This document shows, one piece after another, positions 8,192 to 16,117 of a DNA stretch of 42,556 nt; within the stretch, counting starts at the first letter, position 1; every line of letters begins with the position of its first letter. The DNA is taken from positions 1-42,556 of the IMG/VR virus record IMGVR_UViG_3300020045_003090. The stretch is one strand, 5' to 3'. A program made the translations under genes and the position numbers. The stretch is from a virus. Taxonomy: Duplodnaviria > Caudoviricetes. Below the pieces are notes generated by a model that saw only the letters and a program-made list of their open reading frames with translations, had not been told where the DNA came from and ran no database searches.

Positions 8192-8803
8192 CTAATCAAT
8201 GCCGACAAAGAACGCTAAATCATCGCCACTTGACTTTTCATCTTCATTTTGACTTTGTTCTTCGTTTTTTGATTCAGGCTTTGGCATATCTTGTATAGAT
8301 TCAACAAGTTTCTTCATTTCGCCTAAACACATTGAAAATCCTTTTTTGTAGTAGCGAAAAGCTCGGCTCATAGTTGAAGCAGGATAAGTAATCTTGTTTA
8401 TCATTAATTGCCTTTTTGCCAAGTCCATAAATGTAGTTTCGCCATAATAAACATTTTCAGTATCTACTGCAAACATTGATACAGTAAAATCAAAGGCGTC
8501 AATAGTTTCTTTTGGAGTTGCAAAAAACTTTTTAACCAAGTCAAATGTTTTGCCATTATAAACTATTTTCATTCCATTATCACTTTCCCATTTAACCGTA
8601 CATTCTTTTGCTTTGAAATATACTTTTGCTTTTTCGTATTCTATTTCATTAGGAAAAAACAAATCATAGTCGGTTTTTACTTTTACGCCAGCGAAATAAT
8701 CACGTAAAGCACCGCCAGCAAGCCAACAGTTAATATTAGCTTCTTTTAATTCGTTAAGAATAAGTTTGCCGTATCTTTCAACAGCGTTTGTAATTTGTAT
8801 CAT
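8192..8803 (-). CDS. Cassette 8 nucleotidyltransferase (CCA-adding / poly(A) polymerase head domain-like)
   Basis: WLAGGALRD...DYDLFF and FDFTVSMFA match class II NTase head motifs (GGxVRD, DxD, RDFT). Confidence 0.75.
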   Translation of the reverse strand: MIQITNAVERYGKLILNELKEANINCWLAGGALRDYFAGVKVKTDYDLFFPNEIEYEKAKVYFKAKECTVKWESDNGMKIVYNGKTFDLVKKFFATPKETIDAFDFTVSMFAVDTENVYYGETTFMDLAKRQLMINKITYPASTMSRAFRYYKKGFSMCLGEMKKLVESIQDMPKPESKNEEQSQNEDEKSSGDDLAFFVGID

Positions 8804-8836
8804 TTTGACATTCGTTTTAAATTAACCCAAACCTGC

Positions 8837-8968
8837 CTGTAACATCGGTTTGCCAAAAGCTGGGCAGAAGTGGTAAATTCAGCTTTTGTACCTTTAATCG
8901 GCTTTAGTGCAAGGGTTTAGCATTTGTACTTCTAATCCCAGCCTTCGGCAATCTGCAAAATGTTATAA
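8837..8968 (+). repeat. attC-like hairpin 8 (132 bp, outer stem partly degenerate)
   Basis: TAAC-ATCGGTTTGCCAAAAGCTGGG ... CCCAGCCTTCGGCAATCTGC-AAAAT-GTTATAA. Confidence 0.75.
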
Positions 8969-9634
8969 CCCCTTAATAAAAAAAATCTGTTCATCGCTTA
9001 TTTTATTCGGATAGTACGAAATAATATCCTGATAATGCGGCATGATTATCTGTTGCTGATGCAGCGACAAACTAAACGCTGACTGGTCTTGCCGGTGGAA
9101 TAAGAATCTTTTATCTTCACTTTGATTATCATGCAACCGCGAACCTTTAAACATGCCTGCATGCATGTGTTCAGACCAACGGCCAAACAGATTGCGCGCA
9201 TCAGGATTATTAAAGTTAAGACCTACGCAACCGGTAGCATATTCAATAATATTTTCAGCTTCATCGCGGGTGATGCCGCAATGCTGCAATATACGGTCAT
9301 TGCAAGATTGAGCGCAATTGTAGCCGGTGCGGAAAGCGAAGATGCCGTTATCATTAATGTAATCGAATAACCGCATTACATCGTTAATTGCATACACAGA
9401 TGAATCAAGCCATACTATATGCGTATAGCTTTGCATCAATGCTTCTTCGAATGCGTAAATCTTAAATGCATACGGATTTTCTGAATGCATCGGCCAATTA
9501 TACGGATGTGTGGTGTGCGATATAATTTCACCTGCATAGCCGTGATATATCAATGACCGCTCTAACCGGAATTGCCCGCGATTGTACCAACCGCCAACAC
9601 CGTATGAGATTATGCATGTTTTATTTGAATCCAT
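8963..9634 (-). CDS. Glycosyltransferase-like protein
   Basis: PYAFK, IVWLDSS and HRQDQSAFS motifs of GT-A-like (DUF1647-type) proteins. Its stop codon forms the last GTTA of the array. Confidence 0.65.
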   Translation of the reverse strand: MDSNKTCIISYGVGGWYNRGQFRLERSLIYHGYAGEIISHTTHPYNWPMHSENPYAFKIYAFEEALMQSYTHIVWLDSSVYAINDVMRLFDYINDNGIFAFRTGYNCAQSCNDRILQHCGITRDEAENIIEYATGCVGLNFNNPDARNLFGRWSEHMHAGMFKGSRLHDNQSEDKRFLFHRQDQSAFSLSLHQQQIIMPHYQDIISYYPNKISDEQIFFIKGL

Positions 9635-9644
9635 TGTTATTTAA

Positions 9645-9809
9645 TTAGCTACCTATAAAGTATTCAGCAATCTTGCAACGTATTATCCATATTACTGTGC
9701 AGAGCCAACCAGTCATTGATTGATAGTTATGGTCTATGCCTGAAACAATTACGCATCCTATGGCTAACACGAATGCGATTACATCAGCAACATTCCTTAA
9801 TTTTTTCAT
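9645..9809 (-). CDS. Small two-TM membrane protein
   Basis: Probable start MKKLRN; two hydrophobic segments. Confidence 0.45.
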   Translation of the reverse strand: MKKLRNVADVIAFVLAIGCVIVSGIDHNYQSMTGWLCTVIWIIRCKIAEYFIGS

Positions 9810-9827
9810 GTTAATTTTATTTAAATG

Positions 9828-9835
9828 CAAATGTA
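9828..9835 (-). promoter_or_regulatory. Bacteroidota -7 promoter element facing the cassette array
   Basis: TACATTTG on the minus strand in the AT-rich gap upstream of the 9645-9809 gene. Confidence 0.6.
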
Positions 9836-9874
9836 TAATAAAATATTATACGATTTACAAAATGATGAAAATAT

Positions 9875-10462
9875 TTATTTTATGCCGTATCTTTCGTTAT
9901 GAGGCGTTGAAGTATGCCGGTAGATATACATAAATTCGTCAATGTGTACTTCAGTTTTTAGTATCGGTTTTATCCGCTTTGCAAAGTCATGATCTTCGCC
10001 AAATCGCATATCATTAACACCAGTCCGCAAACATAAATCAGTTTTGATAGGTGTTTTAAAAAACGGTGTGCGGGCGTGTTTTATGCGGCCTGTTTTGAAT
10101 GATGCCCAATCGGAATAGTTTAAAGAGAAATTAGATAACTCAATTCGGCCATCAATAAAGCAATGTTCTTTATAAGTGATGCAGTCCGGGTAAGCGTGTA
10201 TTGCAAATAATACCTTTTTAACGTATTGATTATGCAACCAGTCATCATCATCTACCTGAACGCTAAACTTTGCATCAGCCATTTCATAAAGTCTTTGACG
10301 CTTGGCTCCTATGCTCAATTGCTTGTTATCCTTGCATGCGATAACTTCAACCACATCTTTAAACCGGTCGCGGTTAATCTGATGAGTAATGAAAGAATAC
10401 AACTCATTAAATAACTTTTCGCGGCCTAATATTGTAGGGATTTGGATAGATAACAACTTCAT
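9875..10462 (-). CDS. Glycosyltransferase family 2
   Basis: LLSIQIPT, SIGAKRQRL, VQVDDDDW and FGEDHDF motifs. Confidence 0.8.
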   Translation of the reverse strand: MKLLSIQIPTILGREKLFNELYSFITHQINRDRFKDVVEVIACKDNKQLSIGAKRQRLYEMADAKFSVQVDDDDWLHNQYVKKVLFAIHAYPDCITYKEHCFIDGRIELSNFSLNYSDWASFKTGRIKHARTPFFKTPIKTDLCLRTGVNDMRFGEDHDFAKRIKPILKTEVHIDEFMYIYRHTSTPHNERYGIK

Positions 10463-11172
10463 AAATACAAATTTTTAGTATCTTTTTTTAGCCCGAAATT
10501 AATTAATTTTCTACGTTCAAATGTGTTTTTATCGTATGCGAAAAATGAATCAGTTTTGCGGTACTGCGCATCCATTACCCCGCGTTTATTGTGCATCGGG
10601 TGCAGGTGGTTAAAAAGCACGTTACCATCACCCATGTATTTATACTTACCGCGCAATTTAGCCACTTCCATCGCTTCGTTATCGCACCAAAGCGAAATAT
10701 AATCAGGATGGTATATGTAGTTATCGCGGTTGTAGTATTCGCGGCCAATGATGCTCAATGTCATTAATTCTGACTTGTAGCTGTTGCCATCATCGTAATG
10801 TAACACCGTATCTAACCGGCCATGCAAATCATCGCAATGAATCATATCTGAAATAATAATCTCATCGAATCCTTGCTTTACAAAAATCATATCATCGCTC
10901 ATATTAACAAGTATATCCCACTTGTATGATATAAATTCCATGTCGCGGTTTATGGCATGCACTTTAGAATCGCTAAAATCGAAGCGGTATGTTAAATGAT
11001 CAATGTCATCCATTGCATTCATAACGCTATCATTATTCATGCTTACATCGTCAAAGTCTAACGTGGCATGTATGTGATACTCATCGCGTGTGGAAAGCGA
11101 TTGAATGCTGTTTATTGCCCGAAAGAAATTGACCGGGCGCGACCTGCTTGTTAATTTATAAAGGATATTCAT
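10459..11172 (-). CDS. Glycosyltransferase family 2-like
   Basis: SRSRP, AINR, ILVNMSDDM, WCDNE and HLHP motifs. Confidence 0.7.
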   Translation of the reverse strand: MNILYKLTSRSRPVNFFRAINSIQSLSTRDEYHIHATLDFDDVSMNNDSVMNAMDDIDHLTYRFDFSDSKVHAINRDMEFISYKWDILVNMSDDMIFVKQGFDEIIISDMIHCDDLHGRLDTVLHYDDGNSYKSELMTLSIIGREYYNRDNYIYHPDYISLWCDNEAMEVAKLRGKYKYMGDGNVLFNHLHPMHNKRGVMDAQYRKTDSFFAYDKNTFERRKLINFGLKKDTKNLYL

Positions 11173-11420
11173 ATGTCATTAATGCCGTTTAATACATTTC
11201 GCCAATATTCTACTCGTAATTTAATTACAGCTTCATCTATCCCATTGAAGCGCGATATATACTTATAATCATCAATAATATTATTAACGGTAATTAATGC
11301 GGATTCTTTAGCCAACATCTTAACTTCAACACCATCCCCTGTATCGCTTAATTCGCCATAACACACATCTAAGTGTTCATTAAATAATTGTATTTCCTTT
11401 TCTTTAGCATCCATATTCAT
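11169..11420 (-). CDS. Phage hypothetical protein
   Basis: Probable start MNMDAKE; AKESALITV...EYWRNV motif. Confidence 0.55.
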   Translation of the reverse strand: MNMDAKEKEIQLFNEHLDVCYGELSDTGDGVEVKMLAKESALITVNNIIDDYKYISRFNGIDEAVIKLRVEYWRNVLNGINDI

Positions 11421-11553
11421 CGCTGTTAGGGAATAATCTACTGTTATACACAATATAAATAGTGAACCTGAACAAAGTAACACGCTCAATGCGGTTATCT
11501 GATTTCTTTACCAGTTCGGCAAAGGCTTTTCTGATGTCGCGGGTGATTGTCAT
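11404..11553 (-). CDS. Small hypothetical protein (49 aa, MTITRDIRKAF...), not in the ORF track
   Basis: ATG immediately after the stop of 11554..11856; open frame to TAA at 11404. Confidence 0.4.
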   Translation of the reverse strand: MTITRDIRKAFAELVKKSDNRIERVTLFRFTIYIVYNSRLFPNSDEYGC

Positions 11554-11856
11554 TTAAAATGGAATTTTTATGCAAATGTGGCTTTCTAAATGTCTGCGAT
11601 GATCCTCTTTTAACTTAAATATAGTTGACACATAATCATTATTCTGCTTATGAAAATCATCTATTCTTTTAGCCATATTTTCAATAACATCAGATTCGTT
11701 AACAATAGAATAAGTAACTACCGGTGTGCAAGAATAGTATTCAACGCTGGTATGCATTATCATTTTCTTTTCATTAAAAGCCGTAACGAATTTATTCTTT
11801 ATTTCAATGAGTTCCTGATATTCAGACAATGGAACTTGTACTAATGGCTCGCTCAT
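11554..11856 (-). CDS. Hypothetical protein
   Basis: Intact ORF in the leftward operon. Confidence 0.55.
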   Translation of the reverse strand: MSEPLVQVPLSEYQELIEIKNKFVTAFNEKKMIMHTSVEYYSCTPVVTYSIVNESDVIENMAKRIDDFHKQNNDYVSTIFKLKEDHRRHLESHICIKIPF

Positions 11857-12026
11857 ATTGATTCCCTGATTATTTTGTAAATAGTATTCTCCATACTGAA
11901 TTGTTTAAGCGATTCCGCTTTCACTTCCGATTGTTTTTGAATCACAATCTTATACACATCTGCGGGCATGTGTTTTTTGCAAATCAATAACCCGAATTTA
12001 CGCTTTGCCGTTCTAATTTTTGCCAT
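11853..12026 (-). CDS. Small basic protein, possible ribbon-helix-helix regulator (57 aa, MAKIRTAKRKFG...), not in the ORF track
   Basis: First gene after the leftward promoter; ATGA overlap with the next gene; strand-helix-helix pattern. Confidence 0.45.
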   Translation of the reverse strand: MAKIRTAKRKFGLLICKKHMPADVYKIVIQKQSEVKAESLKQFSMENTIYKIIRESI

Positions 12027-12171
12027 ATATTTTTTTAATTAATGCATGAACTTGTTTTATATGATATGAAAGCAATAGTTGGCTATAATTCGTACTGCAT
12101 AAGCAATCGTAATTAACATTTAACAGCCACTACCAACTAAAACTCTCATAAATATTATAATAAAATATGCG

Positions 12172-12231
12172 CAAATATAATACAATAATGTTACAAAATG
12201 CACTTTGTCGAAAATTATTTATTTACATTTG
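12172..12231. promoter_or_regulatory. Divergent Bacteroidota promoter pair
   Basis: TATATTTG on the minus strand (12172-12179) and TACATTTG on the plus strand (12224-12231), at the strand switch. Confidence 0.65.
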
Positions 12232-12258
12232 CAATTACTGAACAAAAACTTAAATAAA

Positions 12259-12531
12259 ATGAACCAATTAAAAATCACCTCACCCGATGGCAGAGTATCA
12301 TTCGCACCATTAAACAATCTCGATTATTTTGAAGTGTATAACAGCCGCGTGAAAGAGGCTGATAAGTACGCAGTTGAAGAAGTTGATAAGGATGGTAATG
12401 TTATTGCCACTCATCAAGCAACTGCAAAGGCAGCGCAAATGGATGTTATCAAATTGCAAGCCGACAAGATTAAAGAACTTGAAAGCAAGCTAAAAAAGGC
12501 CACTAAAACTGAACCATTAACTACAAAATAA
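12259..12531 (+). CDS. Hypothetical protein preceding the scaffold
   Basis: Probable start MNQLKI downstream of the promoter. Confidence 0.55.
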   Translation: MNQLKITSPDGRVSFAPLNNLDYFEVYNSRVKEADKYAVEEVDKDGNVIATHQATAKAAQMDVIKLQADKIKELESKLKKATKTEPLTTK

Positions 12532-12533
12532 TC

Positions 12534-13409
12534 ATGAAAAAATTAGGTGATATTCTCGATAACTTATTTAAGAAAGCCGGTGTTGATGAAAACAACCCGA
12601 CAATAATTGCATTACTTCAAAATGATGCAATCTTTAAAGCCGAAATTGACGAAGCCGCAGCAGACCAAATTCAGGGCAACCTGCACACAATTGACAGCGC
12701 AAAAGCGCGAATACGCAAAGAAGTATTAGCCGAAACATATAACGGCATTGATGCAAAGTTGGTTGCTACGATGGATGAATTACAAGTTCCTGATGATGTT
12801 CGCGCTTCGATATTAGCCGAAAGGTCAACACCTGAACGCGCTTCATTACTCGTTAAGAAAATAAAGGAACTCGAAGCAAGCAAATCATCAGCCAACACGA
12901 AAGGCGAAAAAAGCGAATTGCAGGCCGAAATAAACCAACTGAAAGCACTCAATGCTCAGGTGGCAAATGATTACAAAAAACAGATTGAGCAATTGCAGCA
13001 ATCGCACGAAAACGAAGCTATTGATTGGCAACTTACTTCATCATTGTCCGGTTACAATTATGCACTTGGCGATATTGACCCAGCTTTGAAGATTCAAACC
13101 GCTAAATCAGCAATCACTAATGCCATGCAATCGGATGGCGTTAAGGTTGTCAAAGAAGGCAACCAACTGAAATTAGTAACTGCGAAAGATGGTACTGATT
13201 ACTTTAATAAACAAAACAACAAGGTAGATTTAAAACAATACGTTGAGCAACAACTGGCTCAAAATAAATTGATCGCTGTTTCAACCGGGCAACCCGCAGC
13301 ACCTGCCAACAACAACGGCCAAACGATTACAAAAGCCAAACAGTCATCACAAGAGTTAGCATTCATGCAAAAATTGAATGCAGACTTGCAGGCTGAAATG
13401 GCTCAGTAA
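12534..13409 (+). CDS. Capsid scaffolding protein
   Basis: Coiled-coil, A/Q/K-rich protein immediately upstream of the major capsid gene. Confidence 0.65.
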   Translation: MKKLGDILDNLFKKAGVDENNPTIIALLQNDAIFKAEIDEAAADQIQGNLHTIDSAKARIRKEVLAETYNGIDAKLVATMDELQVPDDVRASILAERSTPERASLLVKKIKELEASKSSANTKGEKSELQAEINQLKALNAQVANDYKKQIEQLQQSHENEAIDWQLTSSLSGYNYALGDIDPALKIQTAKSAITNAMQSDGVKVVKEGNQLKLVTAKDGTDYFNKQNNKVDLKQYVEQQLAQNKLIAVSTGQPAAPANNNGQTITKAKQSSQELAFMQKLNADLQAEMAQ

Positions 13410-13456
13410 TTCGGCAATACGAATTAACTTTCGTAACAATTTAATTTACTAAACAC

Positions 13457-14572
13457 ATGGCAAGTAATATCGGTGTTAGGCAAGCTATTTTAGTTGCCCA
13501 ACAAGCCGCATTTAACGCGGCTGCCCCTATGTCAAAATTGACACCTGCGGGCTATTTAGATTCATTATTAAATAACACATCACCTAAAGTTATCAGCATG
13601 AATGTTGATGATGGTTCAGGCTACATTAAAGATGTAAACGTACGTTATCGCAAACGTGCCGCAACCGGTGAATCAGTAACATCTGATGACTGCTCTATTC
13701 AGGCAGAACCAGTATTCTACAATCAAACAATTCCGGCTTTATCATTCCGCAAAAAATCGCTTTACTTCGATTGGGATTTTATTGAAACTTTCCAAGAAGA
13801 TGCACTTAAAGTTATGAATGTGGGCAACCCTTCAACTCCAATTATGGAAGAGGCGTTGTATGCTATCATAAATGAGTGCAACGGATTAATCGGTGATATA
13901 AACAACGATTTGCTAACTGCTCAGGTTGCCGCATTCGGGGTTAACGTGGAATCTGCAAGCAATGCAGCACGCACAGTTAACTTTGAGTTGACTACCACCA
14001 CAAATGACCTGACTGAAGGCATCACAAAACTATTGAACGATGCTATGCAAAATGAAATGCGGTTAAGCAATGCATACATTGTTGGTGCCGGGTTGGTAAA
14101 TCAATACTACCTGCAACAAGCATTCAAAGGCCTTGACGGTAATGGCGTAAACACAGCTGCGGCAACAATGCCAAAGATGTATTATGACCCTTACACAGCT
14201 TCAAAGTGGGGAACAAACCAGTTCGGATTGTTTGAAAAGGATTCAGTTTCGTTCCTGAATGTATGCAAGTTTCGCGGGCCAAAAACACGCAGATTAGGTA
14301 CATCGCAATTCTTCACAATGACTTTGCCTTTGGCTGATTCATTGGGTGGTACAGGTTACCGCACTCTTGAATTTGACGTGCAAATCAAAGAGGTGGATTG
14401 CCCAAATGCATCAATGACTATCTACGGTCAATCAACATCGGTTGGTCGCGGTTATTCGATGGATATTATGTGCCACTTTGCGCAGGTTAACATACCGGCA
14501 ACTGCTTACAAAGCAACTGATCGCATGTATCAAAATAACGGTACTTTGCGCTACGTTGCTACCAACTCATAA
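13457..14572 (+). CDS. Major capsid protein
   Basis: 371 aa, follows the scaffold and is followed by a strong terminator. Confidence 0.7.
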   Translation: MASNIGVRQAILVAQQAAFNAAAPMSKLTPAGYLDSLLNNTSPKVISMNVDDGSGYIKDVNVRYRKRAATGESVTSDDCSIQAEPVFYNQTIPALSFRKKSLYFDWDFIETFQEDALKVMNVGNPSTPIMEEALYAIINECNGLIGDINNDLLTAQVAAFGVNVESASNAARTVNFELTTTTNDLTEGITKLLNDAMQNEMRLSNAYIVGAGLVNQYYLQQAFKGLDGNGVNTAAATMPKMYYDPYTASKWGTNQFGLFEKDSVSFLNVCKFRGPKTRRLGTSQFFTMTLPLADSLGGTGYRTLEFDVQIKEVDCPNASMTIYGQSTSVGRGYSMDIMCHFAQVNIPATAYKATDRMYQNNGTLRYVATNS

Positions 14573-14600
14573 AAATGGGTTCAGTTTTCTTTCCATTGCG

Positions 14601-14627
14601 GGGCGGGTTCAATGCCCGCCCTTTTTT
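14601..14627 (+). terminator. Rho-independent terminator
   Basis: GGGCGGGT-TCAAT-GCCCGCCC followed by T6. Confidence 0.85.
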
Positions 14628-14648
14628 AAATAAATAAACCAAAATAAC

Positions 14649-15674
14649 ATGACACCATACGAATGTTTCAGGGACTTTATAGGGTTACGGGGCTGCAACT
14701 TAGCCGCACCTGAAAGCGGGTTGTATATCAATTCGCTTGCAGGAATAAGCATGCAAAGCATTGATTCAATAGCTAAGCCCGATCAAGTAACCTACATTAA
14801 TGTGTGGAGTGATGTTCAGGAACGCGCATTGCGAAAGTTTGGATTAGACGTTATAAATGCATTCAAAGAAAAGTTTAAAATCAAAACAATTCAACGTAGT
14901 GTTGATTTAGGTCGGGTGATTGACACAACGGCTACAACGGCATCAAATGCAGATTGGCGCGGGGTTTATTTCAACATTGATAACACGAATGACAACTACA
15001 ATTACTATTCATCAATGCAGGTAATGTATGTTGAATCGGTAAGTGTTTATTTATCAGCGGTTCCTGCCGGTAATTTGATTTTGAAAGTGGTTGATATTGC
15101 AACAGGCGAATTACTTGACACAATAACAACAGCGCATGCATCATTAACTACCGGTTGGAATGTGGTAACGGTTAACGAAAAATATGAAACTAAGCAATTA
15201 TTTATAGGCTACGATGCAACTCAAATAACATCGGTTGAATTGTTGGTTAACGAATTAGCATCGGATAACTTTTGCGGATGCTGCCAAGCGGTTTATGGTT
15301 GTGATTGTTGCGGGGCTTATTATGGTGCAATAAGCGATGATTTAACAAGCGTAACAACAGGAAATAATACTTTCGGTCTTACGGCTAAAATAAGCGTACA
15401 ATGTAGCTACGAATCGCTTATATGTCAAAACAGACAGCTGTTCGCTACCTGCTTATGGTATTTGATGGGTTCGGAAATTTGTACTGAAAGGATTTATTCG
15501 CAACGCAATAATTACTTCACCTTTACAAATGAAGAGGCCGAAAAAATGCGCACAGAATACTTTGCCATTTATGAAAATGAACTTAAAACGGCAGTAGGGG
15601 CTATTCAACTGGACCTGAATGACTGTTGTTTAGAGTGCAATCAGGAAGTAACTTATAAGGAAATAGCATTGTGA
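14649..15674 (+). CDS. Virion structural protein (head-tail adaptor candidate), Cys-rich
   Basis: Position after the capsid gene; Cys clusters. Confidence 0.5.
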   Translation: MTPYECFRDFIGLRGCNLAAPESGLYINSLAGISMQSIDSIAKPDQVTYINVWSDVQERALRKFGLDVINAFKEKFKIKTIQRSVDLGRVIDTTATTASNADWRGVYFNIDNTNDNYNYYSSMQVMYVESVSVYLSAVPAGNLILKVVDIATGELLDTITTAHASLTTGWNVVTVNEKYETKQLFIGYDATQITSVELLVNELASDNFCGCCQAVYGCDCCGAYYGAISDDLTSVTTGNNTFGLTAKISVQCSYESLICQNRQLFATCLWYLMGSEICTERIYSQRNNYFTFTNEEAEKMRTEYFAIYENELKTAVGAIQLDLNDCCLECNQEVTYKEIAL

Positions 15675-16117
15675 TTGAAATAAAAACAAATATCACCAAA
15701 GCCTTTGAGCGTATCATTGACCGATTGCCACAACCGGCAAACACGGATAAAATGCTTCGCACCATTGCTCAAAATGTATTTGCCGAAATGAAGCAACGTA
15801 TTCATAAATCAGGATTAGATTCATCGGGCGCGCCAATTGGTGATTATTCGCGCGGGTATATGTACACGCGGGTTAAAAATAATCGCGGCACTTCGACTAA
15901 GGTAATAATTAGTTTGACCCGGCAAATGGAAAATGACATGAAAGTTATTGCAACCGATAAAGGTTACGGCATAGGGTACTCAAACCCTGATGACTTCGAT
16001 AAGGTTGCATACGTTGAAAATACTTATGGAAAAAAGATTTTCGATTTAACACAAAAGGAAAAAGAAATTGTAAAAAATACTGCAACGGAATTTATAAAAA
16101 ACCTGCAAAATGGCTAA
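15671..16117 (+). CDS. Neck / tail completion protein
   Basis: Basic 148-aa protein between head and tail genes; SLTRQMEND...GYGIGY resembles virion morphogenesis proteins. Confidence 0.5.
   Translation: MIEIKTNITKAFERIIDRLPQPANTDKMLRTIAQNVFAEMKQRIHKSGLDSSGAPIGDYSRGYMYTRVKNNRGTSTKVIISLTRQMENDMKVIATDKGYGIGYSNPDDFDKVAYVENTYGKKIFDLTQKEKEIVKNTATEFIKNLQNG

Larger units (their letters stand above)
5161..8962. mobile_element. Array of 8 integron-like gene cassettes without an integrase (CALIN-like). Cassettes: 5161-5514, 5515-5872, 5873-6207, 6208-6661, 6662-7281, 7282-7701, 7702-8167, 8168-8962
   Basis: Eight TAAC...GTTA hairpins with one ORF each. The start of each cassette (GTTA-N3-G(C/T)AA) is the reverse complement of the sequence before its own terminal TAAC. 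Confidence 0.85.

Noticed and set aside
5425-8968. CRISPR array or simple terminator series
   Set aside because: The repeats differ in sequence, are 96-133 bp long, are separated by whole genes and lack U-tracts. No cas genes are present.
5425-8968. MITEs or REP elements inserted independently
   Set aside because: There are no target-site duplications, and each element's flank pairs with the previous element's flank, so gene plus hairpin is the mobile unit.
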